NCBI GenBank assembly: GCA_965246755.1 | Contig: OZ251979.1 | Location: forward strand, 385,970 to 449,969 | Direction: 5' to 3' | DNA length: 64,000 nt | Origin: Alphaproteobacteria bacterium | GTDB lineage: Bacteria; Pseudomonadota; Alphaproteobacteria; UBA11073 | Shown here: piece after piece, positions 1 through 9,040 of the stretch | Numbering within the stretch: position 1 is the first letter of the stretch | Layout of the letters: the number at the start of each line of letters is the position of its first letter | Notes under the pieces: generated by a model | Databases searched by the model: none | Told to the model about the DNA's origin: nothing | Seen by the model: the letters and a program-made list of their open reading frames with translations, nothing else | Program-made: the position numbers and the translations under genes

Positions 1-107
1 CTTTGCGAAAATCGGTAATTGTCATATAGGTGAACATATGTACATAATAACGTATCCTTGGACGTATGTCAAATAATTAAAGAATATTGTATATTGGGTT
101 CGTATGA

Positions 108-296
108 TTTCTAAATGATGTCGTTTACCCTGAACAGACGCACAACCTGCCCGCCGTCATTTCAGTGCGGGATGAGGAAGTAAAACAGCGTAACGTTGCA
201 CACGGCACGCAACTGGGCCTGTCACCCGCGTTTGTTGAACGGCTGTATACGCTGATCATTGATGAATATTGCCGGTTGGAGGCGGAGAAGTTGTAA
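108..296 (+). pseudogene. Possible 3' remnant of a chorismate mutase-type gene (no usable start codon)
   Basis: The open frame ends at TAA 294-296 and translates to ...VRDEEVKQRNVAHGTQLGLSPAFVERLYTLIIDEYCRLEAEKL, which resembles the C-terminal helix of AroQ-type chorismate mutases. An in-frame TGA lies at 105-107 and there is no ATG after it. Upstream sequence is visibly AT-rich. Confidence 0.3.
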
Positions 297-334
297 AATT
301 AAAGTAAAGCTATCGAAAATGTAATCAAAAGATC

Positions 335-1933
335 TTACCGATATTCATTCCACACCTCTATATTCGAATAATTTCTATCTTGAGAAACAGCATAACGTGC
401 ACCAGGTGGAATAGTTACTGTTAATGCCCGATCACCTGCACTATCTCCAGTAAGATGATCTACTGCCAATTGTCCAACCATTTTAACATCAAATAAGGTA
501 TGAGTTGCATAATTTTCTATTATAAACACAGCAAGTTCTAAATCATCGTCTGAAACGCTTATAGTTAGCTGAATTGGTGTCGATGACGAATTATTAAACC
601 AAGTATTAACTTGGCGACAAGGCTGCGTGTAGTCGAGAACAGATGCTGTTCCGGCAGATAGCACAGACCTATTTGGTGGAGCAGAGGGAAAAGCTGTGCA
701 TATTGCGTCTTTTGCTTCTTTATTTGTAATTAGCTGACCATCAAGGTTTGAAGGCTGGCCGCCAATACCCGGTAGGGTCCAGCCATGAGAAAAAGCATCC
801 CTGTGTTCACCATAAACATAATTGTGTGCTGCAACTAATGGAGAAACTGCCGCCCACTTCCAATTGCTACCTACAAGCTGACATTGATAAAGTTTATGAT
901 CTGCCAAATTCGTTACAATTGCATTGTGCATTTTTTCATTAGGCACGCTAAATTCAAGCTCTGGCGTTGTGTCATTGGCTTTGTATGCAATAACATTTAC
1001 CGCAGAACTGGTTGTACTCACACATGAAGTATTGACAGCAATTGTTGAGCCACCGACGGATTGTACGGAACGCATGCCCAAAAATGCAGCATCTGTTACC
1101 GCTTGTGCCCCCATATTTAAATCTGCACGCATCGTGTTGGCTTCATCATTACCGGTTCGAACGCGCGAGATTTGGTTGGTATTCATTTGCACGGCATCAA
1201 GAATGGTATAGCCAACAAGCGAGCCAGCCTGTACCTGACCGTTACCAGCACCAGTTGGAAAATTAAAATCTGTACTTGCGCGCGCAGTCCAGGCGCCATT
1301 ATTACCTTGAACAACCAAATCATTACCGGTTGAACTATTGGCAATAACCCCGCCCTGGGTGCCCATCAGGCTCGCAATACGCGACAGACGCGCATCGCTT
1401 AAATTCTGATCGGGTTTGCGCACGACAATCGCACGAAAGACCGCCGTATCCTGATTATAAGCGTTTTTAATATCCTGGAACCGGGAAATACTGATTTTAT
1501 AGATCGGTGTGCCATCAGAATTTTTCAATAAAAACCCGGGCGGCAGATATTTAAGCAGTGCCTCTGAAAATAATTGGCCAGTTGTATTTGTCATATCGTT
1601 TCGATCCGGATAAACGACTTCTTTGCAGATTGGTGCACCCGTGGTGATACAATTAGCCGGTGGCTTACTAGCACTCGCAAATGGGGATGAGCCAGCAGGG
1701 TCAAGCCAATAAGCCTGATTGTCATTAATCAGCCGCTGCACGGCATTGGTCACCGTCCGCATATCGGTCGCAATTACCTGGTCGCCACGGCCTTGCTGCG
1801 CCGATGTTGTCAATTGAATGGCGCCGGCCAGCACCAGGCCGATGATCAAAACCACAATGGCAAGTTCGATGAGGGTAAAGGCCCGCTGCGGAATTAAATT
1901 TGGCCGTTGCGTCGTAGATTTAAAATGTGTCAT
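335..1933 (-). CDS. Large type IV prepilin-like protein (PilV / shufflon-N-like minor pilin or adhesin)
   Basis: The N-terminus MTHFKSTTQRPNLIPQRAFTLIELAIVVLIIGLVLAG carries a canonical prepilin cleavage/methylation motif (A/G|FTLIE plus a hydrophobic helix). The segment LSRIASLMGTQGGVIANS..GNNGAWTA resembles the constant region of IncI PilV-type pilins. The protein is 532 aa and the 3' (C-terminal) half is visibly AT-richer. Confidence 0.7.
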   Translation of the reverse strand: MTHFKSTTQRPNLIPQRAFTLIELAIVVLIIGLVLAGAIQLTTSAQQGRGDQVIATDMRTVTNAVQRLINDNQAYWLDPAGSSPFASASKPPANCITTGAPICKEVVYPDRNDMTNTTGQLFSEALLKYLPPGFLLKNSDGTPIYKISISRFQDIKNAYNQDTAVFRAIVVRKPDQNLSDARLSRIASLMGTQGGVIANSSTGNDLVVQGNNGAWTARASTDFNFPTGAGNGQVQAGSLVGYTILDAVQMNTNQISRVRTGNDEANTMRADLNMGAQAVTDAAFLGMRSVQSVGGSTIAVNTSCVSTTSSAVNVIAYKANDTTPELEFSVPNEKMHNAIVTNLADHKLYQCQLVGSNWKWAAVSPLVAAHNYVYGEHRDAFSHGWTLPGIGGQPSNLDGQLITNKEAKDAICTAFPSAPPNRSVLSAGTASVLDYTQPCRQVNTWFNNSSSTPIQLTISVSDDDLELAVFIIENYATHTLFDVKMVGQLAVDHLTGDSAGDRALTVTIPPGARYAVSQDRNYSNIEVWNEYR

Positions 1934-2017
1934 GCTGGTGCCTTAGCCCTATGATTTTTCGTCTTTGTCAGTATAGCGCCTTTATAAAATGCGCGCCACT
2001 TCCTTTGCATGAAACAT

Positions 2018-3064
2018 TTATGACATCTCATCCGCCGAATTATTTAAATTCAACTGCGGCTGTACTGTTTGCGGTGCCTTTAGGCCCAACACGTCATAGG
2101 CCTTAAATGACGCCAAGCGCCCTTTCGGCGTGCGCTGGATGTAGCCCTGTTGCAGTAGAAACGGTTCAATGACGTCTTCCAAAACATCGCGCTGGTCGCC
2201 CAGCGCCGCGGCCAGTGTATCAACACCGACCGGGCCGCCGCCAAAATTTTCCAGCATGTAATTTAGATAACGGCGGTCCTGGGCATCCAGTCCGGCCTTG
2301 TCCACCTCCAGCCGCTGTAATGCGTTATCAGCAATTGCGGCATCAATAGTATGGTTGTTGGCAACCGCGGCAAAATCCGCGACGCGCCGCAGCAGCCGCC
2401 CCGCAATGCGAGGCGTGCCGCGCGCGCGGCGGGCGATTTCGGCGGCGCCATCCGGCGTCATTGTAATATTCAGCAATTGCGCGGCGCGCGCGACAATAGT
2501 GGTTAAATCCGCCGCACTGTAAAATTCCAGCCGCAGGGGAATGCCGAAACGTTCGCGCAAGGGCCGCGTCACCATGCCGGACCGCGTGGTGGCCCCCACC
2601 AGCGTGAAACGCGGCAGGTCGATACGGACGCTGCGCGCCGCGACGCCTTCGCCAATCATGATATCCAGCTGGAAATCCTCCATCGCCGGATAAAGAATTT
2701 CTTCCACCGCGGGATTCAGCCGGTGAATTTCATCGATGAACAACACATCACCCGCTTGCAAATTGGTCAGCAAGGCGGCCAAATCGCCGGCGCGTGCAAT
2801 GACCGGACCCGACGTCATTTTAAAATTGACGCCGATTTCGCGCGCGATAATTTGCGCCAGCGTCGTTTTGCCCAACCCCGGCGGGCCGTGCAGCAAGACA
2901 TGGTCGAGCGGCATATTGCGCGCCCGCGCCGCCTGGATAAACACATTCAGATTATCGCGCAGCACCGGCTGGCCGACAAAGTCGGTTAATTTCTGCGGGC
3001 GTAATGCGGCGTCGAGCGCGTCGCTGTCGGTTTTTTGGGCGTCGATGATGCGGGCCGTTTCCAT
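2018..3064 (-). CDS. ruvB: Holliday junction branch migration helicase RuvB
   Basis: Walker [20 protein letters not shown], and full-length similarity to RuvB. It sits next to ruvA and ruvC. Confidence 0.97.
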   Translation of the reverse strand: METARIIDAQKTDSDALDAALRPQKLTDFVGQPVLRDNLNVFIQAARARNMPLDHVLLHGPPGLGKTTLAQIIAREIGVNFKMTSGPVIARAGDLAALLTNLQAGDVLFIDEIHRLNPAVEEILYPAMEDFQLDIMIGEGVAARSVRIDLPRFTLVGATTRSGMVTRPLRERFGIPLRLEFYSAADLTTIVARAAQLLNITMTPDGAAEIARRARGTPRIAGRLLRRVADFAAVANNHTIDAAIADNALQRLEVDKAGLDAQDRRYLNYMLENFGGGPVGVDTLAAALGDQRDVLEDVIEPFLLQQGYIQRTPKGRLASFKAYDVLGLKAPQTVQPQLNLNNSADEMS

Positions 3065-3120
3065 TGCTAATAACCCCCACCCAAAAATTCTGCGGCTTGC
3101 TGCGCCGCGCCTTTAATTTT

Positions 3121-3214
3121 TGTGCCTCCCCACAAGGGGGAGGCTAATCTTTGTCGCCTTTCACATGTTGTGGAAATTAAGCAGTGTGTAGCCTCCCCCT
3201 TGTGGGGAGGCACA
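3121..3214. repeat. Perfect 26-bp inverted repeat pair (TGTGCCTCCCCACAAGGGGGAGGCTA / reverse complement) in the ruvA-ruvB spacer
   Basis: Positions 3121-3146 and 3189-3214 are exact reverse complements. Each arm is itself an imperfect palindrome. A further hairpin CCGTTTCAC-CTG-TGAAACGG follows at about 3229-3249. Confidence 0.9.
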
Positions 3215-3281
3215 AATTTTCCAGCCCGCCGTTTCACCTGTGAAACGGTAAAAGGGCGATGAAAATTTGGGTGGGTGTATG

Positions 3282-3881
3282 TCATGCTGCTAGCTCTTTC
3301 AAACCCAGCTTAATCACATCATTTAAACTTACATTTTCATGTTGCGCAATGATGCGTGATACCACCGAAGCCGCATCACTGCGGCCATAGCCGAGGTTAA
3401 CCAGCGCGGAAATTGCATCACCGGCAACGCCGGTTGCAATGCTGGCATTTACCGGCATTATGTCAGTCGCAAAACCAACCCCCACCGCTTTGTCTTTGAG
3501 TTCGGTAATAATACGCAGCGCGAGCTTCGGCCCCACGCCATCGGCGCGCGATACGGCCGCCTTATCTTGGGCCATCAAGGCAAGTTGCAATTTATCGGGC
3601 GGCAACACGGTAAGAATGGCCAGTGCAACCCGCGCGCCAACGCCCTGCACGGTTTGCAACAGCCGGAACCAGGCCTGTTCCTCGGCATTTAGAAAACCAT
3701 AGAGATGAATATGATCCTCACGCACATGCGTTTCAATAAACAGTGTCGTGGCGCTGTTAATTGCACCGATGCGCGCCAACGTGTTGGCCGCGGCGAACAC
3801 CAGATAGCCAACGCCATTGACGTCCAAAATCAGGCGGTCGGTATCGATGTGACTTAGTATTCCCGTTAATTTGGCGATCAT
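3282..3881 (-). CDS. ruvA: Holliday junction DNA helicase subunit RuvA
   Basis: MIAKLTGIL...VNGVGYLV N-terminus, typical length, and ruv synteny. Confidence 0.95.
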   Translation of the reverse strand: MIAKLTGILSHIDTDRLILDVNGVGYLVFAAANTLARIGAINSATTLFIETHVREDHIHLYGFLNAEEQAWFRLLQTVQGVGARVALAILTVLPPDKLQLALMAQDKAAVSRADGVGPKLALRIITELKDKAVGVGFATDIMPVNASIATGVAGDAISALVNLGYGRSDAASVVSRIIAQHENVSLNDVIKLGLKELAA

Positions 3882-3892
3882 CTTATGACCTT

Positions 3893-3943
3893 AGCAGACG
3901 AGCAGACGAGCAGACGAGAGGTTTTTTGTCTGCTCGTCTGCTC
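3893..3943. repeat. Simple-sequence hairpin: (AGCAGACG)x3 followed by its complement
   Basis: GAGCAGACGAGCAGAC (3900-3915) and GTCTGCTCGTCTGCTC (3928-3943) form a perfect 16-bp stem with a 12-nt loop. It lies between the ruvC stop and the ruvA start. There is no U-tract on either strand. Confidence 0.85.
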
Positions 3944-3953
3944 AATTATGCGT

Positions 3954-4418
3954 CTACTGGTGATGCGCGCAGCAGATGGCGGTGGCCAGCGCATCGGCGG
4001 CATGTTCGCTGTCTGGCACGGCGGCAGGCAGCAGGATTTTCAGCATATGCTGGATCTGATGCTTGTCGGCATGCCCGGCGCCGACGATGGTTTTCTTGAT
4101 TTTATTGGCAGGATATTCATGGACAGAAAGATTGGCCGCCGCCAGCGCATAGATGGCAACACCGCGCGCCATGCCCAGTTTTAAACTGGTCGCGGCATTG
4201 TTATTGACAAAACTTTCTTCAATGGCGGCGACATCCGGCAGGTATTGCGTCAGAACTGCTGCAAGGCCATCACCAATTGCGCGCAGACGTACTGACAATG
4301 CATCGGTATTTTTGGTGATGATGGCGCCGCTGGCAATAAAGCCCAACTTGTTCCCTTCATAAGTAATGATGCCCCAGCCGGTATTGACGAGACCGGGGTC
4401 GAGCCCCACGATTTTCAC
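3954..4418 (-). CDS. ruvC: Crossover junction endodeoxyribonuclease RuvC
   Basis: MKIVGLDPGLVNTGWGII N-terminus with the catalytic Asp, 154 aa, and synteny. Confidence 0.95.
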   Translation of the reverse strand: MKIVGLDPGLVNTGWGIITYEGNKLGFIASGAIITKNTDALSVRLRAIGDGLAAVLTQYLPDVAAIEESFVNNNAATSLKLGMARGVAIYALAAANLSVHEYPANKIKKTIVGAGHADKHQIQHMLKILLPAAVPDSEHAADALATAICCAHHQ

Positions 4419-5171
4419 TTACGCCGCCGCGAGACGTTCCAGCGTCTCATCATCCAGTTCGAAGTTGGCATAAACCGTCTGCACGTCGTCATGATCGTCC
4501 AAGGCATCAATCAGTTTCAGTAATTGCGTGGCCTGGTCTTCATTTGGCGTCGCGGTCAGGTTCGGTTGCCAGATGAGTTTCGCGGCTTGTGCCTCACCAA
4601 ATTTTTTTTCAAGACTGTCGCGTACCGCGGCAAAATTTTCAACACTGGTGATAACCTCGTGTTCGTCGGTCCCGCTGTCAACATTGTCTGCGCCGCATTC
4701 AACGGCGGTTTCAAACATGGCGTCACTGGTCGCCGTCGCGGTAGGATAAATAATTTGCCCGACATGGTCGAACATAAAGGCAACGGAATTGGTCTCGCCC
4801 AGGTTGCCGCCGTTTTTGCTGAAGATGGTGCGCACATCACTGGCGGTGCGGTTACGGTTGTCGGTCAGCGCCTCGACAATAATCGCGGTACCGCCGGGGC
4901 CATAACCTTCATAACGGATTTCAGCATAGTCGGTACCGTCACCCGCGCCGGCGGCAGCCTTGATCGCGCGGTCAACGCGATCCTTGGGCATATTGGCGAC
5001 GCGCGCCGCCTGGATCGCAGTGCGGAGGCGCGGATTGGTGGCAGGGTCCGGCGCGCCCATTTTGGCCGCGACGGTCAATTCGCGCGAGATTTTGACGAAC
5101 ATCCGCGCGCGCTTGGCATCCTGCGCGCCCTTGCGATGCATGATATTTTTAAATTTGGAATGTCCGGCCAT
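4419..5171 (-). CDS. yebC: YebC/PmpR family DNA-binding transcriptional regulator
   Basis: [21 protein letters not shown] signature N-terminus. It lies immediately upstream of ruvC, as in many bacteria. Confidence 0.95.
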   Translation of the reverse strand: MAGHSKFKNIMHRKGAQDAKRARMFVKISRELTVAAKMGAPDPATNPRLRTAIQAARVANMPKDRVDRAIKAAAGAGDGTDYAEIRYEGYGPGGTAIIVEALTDNRNRTASDVRTIFSKNGGNLGETNSVAFMFDHVGQIIYPTATATSDAMFETAVECGADNVDSGTDEHEVITSVENFAAVRDSLEKKFGEAQAAKLIWQPNLTATPNEDQATQLLKLIDALDDHDDVQTVYANFELDDETLERLAAA

Positions 5172-5291
5172 ATGTTTAAATAGCTGATTTTATTAAGCCC
5201 AAGCAAGATTCAAACGATGAAAGTAAATAATTGTTTGAAAATTTCCGTTAAGTATGAGATGCTTAAATTCTAATAAAAGGAATTTCTTAAA

Positions 5292-5762
5292 ATGAAACGT
5301 TTATCTGCATTGTTGCCACTTGCTGCACTCGTCATCGCTGGTTGTGGTGGTGAAAAATCTCGGGAACAGCAGGATGCAGAAAATTCTGCTAGATTTTTTG
5401 CATACCGGTATAATTTAACTTATCTCGTTGGCGTACATGTTGTCGGGCATGCCACACAAATTGGACAAACTAATCTTACCGCGTCAGGCCTAAAAAAAGA
5501 TGATGGCATGGAAATTAATATTTATGCCGATAATCTTCTTGCCGCGTCTTATCAATTTCCCAAAGGGGTGCTGGGATCAGCTGTTACTAAAGATCAAGCA
5601 ATTTACTTTCAACCTGCAGATGATAAGCAATTGTATGAGGCAAGAAGTTTTGCGCGCAGATATGGAGATGATATTAAGTTTGAAAAGGTTTTAACTGCAA
5701 TTTTTAAGATTGGCAAACCTGACCCTAATAAGTTTTCTGAAGCAATAGCACCTGCCCCATAA
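5292..5762 (+). CDS. Hypothetical lipoprotein
   Basis: Signal peptide with lipobox LVIAGC. The gene is visibly AT-richer than its neighbours. No recognisable family. Confidence 0.55.
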   Translation: MKRLSALLPLAALVIAGCGGEKSREQQDAENSARFFAYRYNLTYLVGVHVVGHATQIGQTNLTASGLKKDDGMEINIYADNLLAASYQFPKGVLGSAVTKDQAIYFQPADDKQLYEARSFARRYGDDIKFEKVLTAIFKIGKPDPNKFSEAIAPAP

Positions 5763-6167
5763 TCATTTGCGACGGTCCACCACATCGAACCATAGCGGGC
5801 TGTCGCTGCCTTGGCCTTCGCCGTTGTAATTGATCAGGATTTCGGCGCCTTGTTTAATCGGCGCCACCGCGACAATTTCGGAATATTTGCCGGCGAAGTC
5901 ATGCTGCAGTTTCGCATTGGGCGTGTAGGAGTGATTATAGATCATACCGTTGCCAAGCACCAACGCGCTTTTGCCGCCTTGCCAGTCAAAGGCATAATGT
6001 TCCAACATGGTTTCCAAAATCTGTTGCGTTTCGGTGCGGTTGAAAATCAGCACATGGCATTGTTCCAAAATTTCCCCTTTGCGAAAATCTTTGAGCGCGA
6101 AGACGCCGCGGCCTTTGCCCGGCACGTCGCGCACCTGCACATAATGGGGAGTTTTACTTTTTTTCAT
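5763..6167 (-). CDS. SET domain-containing protein (putative protein-lysine methyltransferase)
   Basis: GRGVFA near the N-terminus, a YNHSYTPNA (NHSxxPN-type) motif, and ELLINY-like EILINYN. Confidence 0.8.
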   Translation of the reverse strand: MKKSKTPHYVQVRDVPGKGRGVFALKDFRKGEILEQCHVLIFNRTETQQILETMLEHYAFDWQGGKSALVLGNGMIYNHSYTPNAKLQHDFAGKYSEIVAVAPIKQGAEILINYNGEGQGSDSPLWFDVVDRRK

Positions 6168-6176
6168 TGAGATGTA

Positions 6177-6995
6177 TTACATAGGTAAAGTGTTGATAAG
6201 CAGCTGACCATATCGCACTGGCATCGCACGGCTGGCAAGCCCGGTTCTATCGTCTGTTTCCAAATAAACGCCGCATAAGGTTGCAGGGCCGGTCATGATC
6301 TCGCCGCGCTTGTCAGGATTAAAACTATGGGTAAAGCGTTTGACAGCCGCCGCCGCCACCATGCCCAATACCGAATTATAATCCCCGCACATGCCGCTGT
6401 CGCTTTGAAAGGCGGTGCCCTGCGGCAAAATCATCGTGTCCGCCGATGGCATGTGGGTGTGCGTGCCGATGACCGCTGAGACGCGCCCGTCACAATAAAA
6501 ACCCATGGCCATTTTTTCCGAGGTTGCCTCGCCATGAAAATCGATAACGATGGCGTCGGCGGTGCGTTTCAGCCCTTCGTTGGCAAGAATTTTTTCCACC
6601 GCATGAAACGGATTATCCACCATCTGTGGCATAAAAGTTTGCGCAATGGGATTAATCACCAAAACCTTCTGGCGATTTTGCAAGGTGATAGTGGCGGCGC
6701 CGCGCCCCGGCGTGTTAGCGCTAAAATTCAGCGGCCGCAACAGTTGCGGATACTGTTCAAAAATTGCCGCTTCCTTTTTTTCGTGAAAGGCATGATTGCC
6801 GGTCGTGATGCAATCAACCCCAGCCTTCAGCAACAATTCTACCGTTTCGCGGTTGATGCCCATGCCGTTGATTGCGTTCTCGCCGTTGACAATCACACAA
6901 TCCAGTTTCCAGTCGCGCCGCCACACCGGTACCTGCGCCGCCACGGCCTCGCGCGCGGTTTTGCCGACAATATCGCCTAAAAATAAAATTCGCAT
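6177..6995 (-). CDS. YmdB-like metallophosphoesterase (TIGR00282 family)
   Basis: MRILFLGDIVG...VIVNGENA...GNH...DFHGEATSEK...GTHTH metallophosphoesterase motifs. Confidence 0.85.
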   Translation of the reverse strand: MRILFLGDIVGKTAREAVAAQVPVWRRDWKLDCVIVNGENAINGMGINRETVELLLKAGVDCITTGNHAFHEKKEAAIFEQYPQLLRPLNFSANTPGRGAATITLQNRQKVLVINPIAQTFMPQMVDNPFHAVEKILANEGLKRTADAIVIDFHGEATSEKMAMGFYCDGRVSAVIGTHTHMPSADTMILPQGTAFQSDSGMCGDYNSVLGMVAAAAVKRFTHSFNPDKRGEIMTGPATLCGVYLETDDRTGLASRAMPVRYGQLLINTLPM

Positions 6996-7577
6996 TCAGG
7001 GACAGTAATGCGCGGCCTTATCCGTGACAACCCAATCCATGCGCGCATCGTGTGGTTGCGTGGGAATGAATTTATACAGCTGGATGTCATAACCAACGCC
7101 AACTGCCAGCAAAGCTGGAAACTCCTTGCGCAGTGCTGCCAGCGTGCGGTCATAATAGCCGCCGCCGGTGCCCAGACGGTCGCCAATGATGGTGAACGCC
7201 ACCGCCGGCACGATGATGAGATTGGGCCTAACCTCTGCCGCAGTATCCGGCGGCACGGTCATATTCAATAAATCTTTGTCGAGTGGCGCATCAAAATCCC
7301 ACTGTCGAAAAATCAGCGGCTGGTTCAGTTTTGTCACGACCGGCAAGGCAATCTGGTGCCCCAGTGCCGCCAGTTCCTTTAACAACGGCACCACATTCAA
7401 TTCGCCGCCGCGCGGGTGATAGCCGGCAATAATAGATTGCGGCGCCAGTTCAATATTTTTTATAAATCGTTTCGCCAGCATGCTTGCCGACCGCGCGCGA
7501 TAAGACGGCGACAGGCTTTGGCGCTTGGCACGCGCCAAGCCCCGCAGGCGGTCGCGTTCAGTAAGAATATTGTTCAT
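6996..7577 (-). CDS. 5-formyltetrahydrofolate cyclo-ligase
   Basis: 193 aa with a GTGGGYYDR motif. It lies downstream of zapA and a putative ssrS, matching the E. coli zapA-ssrS-ygfA arrangement. Confidence 0.85.
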   Translation of the reverse strand: MNNILTERDRLRGLARAKRQSLSPSYRARSASMLAKRFIKNIELAPQSIIAGYHPRGGELNVVPLLKELAALGHQIALPVVTKLNQPLIFRQWDFDAPLDKDLLNMTVPPDTAAEVRPNLIIVPAVAFTIIGDRLGTGGGYYDRTLAALRKEFPALLAVGVGYDIQLYKFIPTQPHDARMDWVVTDKAAHYCP

Positions 7578-7599
7578 CTAACGTACGCATGCGTCATGA

Positions 7600-7785
7600 G
7601 ATCCCGGGTCGCTGCGGCTGTGCTTTGCTGCCCGGGACGACAAATCTGTTGCCAGACAAAGGATGGTGTATTGCTTATCCACAATGGCCCGGTTGTACCA
7701 GGTGGGCGCCGTTTTGCGAAGACCACGGCCCGCGCAAGGGACAGCTCCCTATTGTGTTTTTAGCATCGGCCCTCGGGATATTTGC
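7600..7785 (-). ncRNA. ssrS: Putative 6S RNA (ssrS); boundaries approximate
   Basis: This is a 238-bp non-coding gap between zapA and the 5-FTHF cyclo-ligase gene, the conserved position of ssrS in proteobacteria. On the minus strand, AUCCCGAGGGCC near the 5' end can pair with GACCCGGGAU near the 3' end, giving a closing stem. The ORFs called here are GC-rich shadows. Confidence 0.5.
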
Positions 7786-7815
7786 AACCTGTCCAGATGT
7801 CCAGCAACGTTTATC

Positions 7816-8124
7816 TTATGCGCTTTTCAACTGTTGTGCAATGTTTGTGACACGGTCAGTCAGATGCGCAACCGCGCTGATCATAAGGTCGGTATCCGCC
7901 TGAGCCGCCGATTTTTCAGCCAATTCATCCGCCATTATCAATGCGTTAAGGACCAATAGATGGGAGTCGCTGACTGAGGTCTGCGGCCCCATTTGCTGTT
8001 TCAGGGTCTGCAAACGCTGGTCGATACTGGCGGCCAATTCCTGAAGGCGCGAAATTTCAGATGCGGCGCAGGCCATGGGATATTGGCGGCCGTTGATGGT
8101 GATAATAGCGGTTTGTTGGGTCAT
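7816..8124 (-). CDS. zapA: Cell division protein ZapA
   Basis: 102 aa. The N-terminus ...ITINGRQYPMACAASEISRLQELAASID is ZapA-like, and the synteny fits. Confidence 0.8.
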   Translation of the reverse strand: MTQQTAIITINGRQYPMACAASEISRLQELAASIDQRLQTLKQQMGPQTSVSDSHLLVLNALIMADELAEKSAAQADTDLMISAVAHLTDRVTNIAQQLKSA

Positions 8125-8324
8125 GCCGCCACCGCATCAGCACCGGACAATATTTTACGGACGCTTAAAATCATATCATCTAATGCAGCAGCGGTGTCAG
8201 CCTGGGGCATATGAATAACATTAGTATTCGCGCGTGATGTAGTCATCGCCTGCCCAGCGATCTCTTCCAACAGATCAATCGCTTCATCCAGTTTTTCGAG
8301 CGCGCTGCGCAGTGATTCACTCAT
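8121..8324 (-). CDS. Small coiled-coil protein (DUF4164-like, commonly upstream of zapA in alphaproteobacteria)
   Basis: 67 aa with a helical, acidic N-terminus. It has an ATGA overlap with the zapA start. Confidence 0.45.
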   Translation of the reverse strand: MSESLRSALEKLDEAIDLLEEIAGQAMTTSRANTNVIHMPQADTAAALDDMILSVRKILSGADAVAA

Positions 8325-8332
8325 AGCTTACG

Positions 8333-9040
8333 TTAAAGGATTGCATATGCATGACGCAAGATGTTGTTTGCCGCCGGCGTGGGCGTGTCATCTTCATTAA
8401 ATAATACGATACCGGGATGCAAGCAGCTGGGTGTTTTACGATCTTTCCGCGCGCGGATGATGACGCGCCGTGCCGCCTGGCCTGCCTTCGGCCACAGCGG
8501 GATGACTTCAATACTGCCGAAACCGTCCAGCAGCTGTACGATATCAGCAAAGCGGTCAGCGCGGTGGATGATGGTCAGCGCGCCGCCCTGTTTAAGTTTT
8601 TTACGCGCGACGCTGAGCCAGGCGCTGAGCGGTGTCATTTCAACAAAGGCGGTGGCGCGGCTGGATTCAAGCGGCGCCGCCTGATTATCTTGCAGATACG
8701 GCGGATTGATAATGATTTGGTCAAACGCATTACCCGGCACCGGCAGTGTGCGGTCTTCAATGTCACCGGTAATCACTTCAAAAGTGGTAAAATTATTGCG
8801 CGCGGCATTGTGACGGGCGAGATCCGCCATTTCCGGTTGAATTTCCACACCGGTAATGGAGAGATTGGTAATACGCGCCATCAGACACAGGCTGGCCGCG
8901 CCCACGCCGCAGCCTAAATCAAGCACCGCTTGCCCTGGCTGGGCAGGGCAGGCGGCGGCCAGCATCACCGCATCCAGACCGGCGCGATAACCGGTTTCAG
9001 GTTGCATTATTTTAACCCGCCCATTTAGCAAGGTATGCAT
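8333..9040 (-). CDS. SAM-dependent N6-adenine methyltransferase (tRNA m6A37 TrmN6/YfiC-like)
   Basis: LDLGCGVGA SAM-binding motif and an IINPPY catalytic motif. The ATG at 9040 overlaps the upstream stop (TAATG). The longer ORF reaching 9058 starts with GTG. Confidence 0.75.
   Translation of the reverse strand: MHTLLNGRVKIMQPETGYRAGLDAVMLAAACPAQPGQAVLDLGCGVGAASLCLMARITNLSITGVEIQPEMADLARHNAARNNFTTFEVITGDIEDRTLPVPGNAFDQIIINPPYLQDNQAAPLESSRATAFVEMTPLSAWLSVARKKLKQGGALTIIHRADRFADIVQLLDGFGSIEVIPLWPKAGQAARRVIIRARKDRKTPSCLHPGIVLFNEDDTPTPAANNILRHAYAIL

Noticed and set aside
761-774. GCCAATACCCGGTA inside the PilV-like gene, which loosely resembles my recollection of the IncI shufflon sfx core (GTGCCAATCCGGT)
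   Set aside because: The match is imperfect (2-nt insertion) and my memory of the consensus cannot be verified here. No inverted partner copy is visible in the 334 nt downstream. This is not enough to call a shufflon.
3067-3285. 72-aa ORF between ruvB and ruvA
   Set aside because: It is encoded almost entirely by the 26-bp inverted repeats and hairpins. This is a typical repeat-derived spurious ORF.
3900-3943. The 16-bp perfect hairpin as a Rho-independent terminator
   Set aside because: There is no T/U-tract after the stem on either strand, and it lies within the ruvC-ruvA operon spacer. It is recorded as a repeat or structure only.
4524-5183. Long antisense ORFs inside yebC, ruvB, zapE, lysA, the GspE gene and others (for example 4524-5183, 2736-3116, 13231-13731, 48066-48539, 35105-35815, 53497-54144)
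   Set aside because: They lie opposite well-supported genes in GC-rich DNA, have Arg/Ala/Gly-rich low-complexity translations and show no recognisable motifs. They are shadow ORFs.
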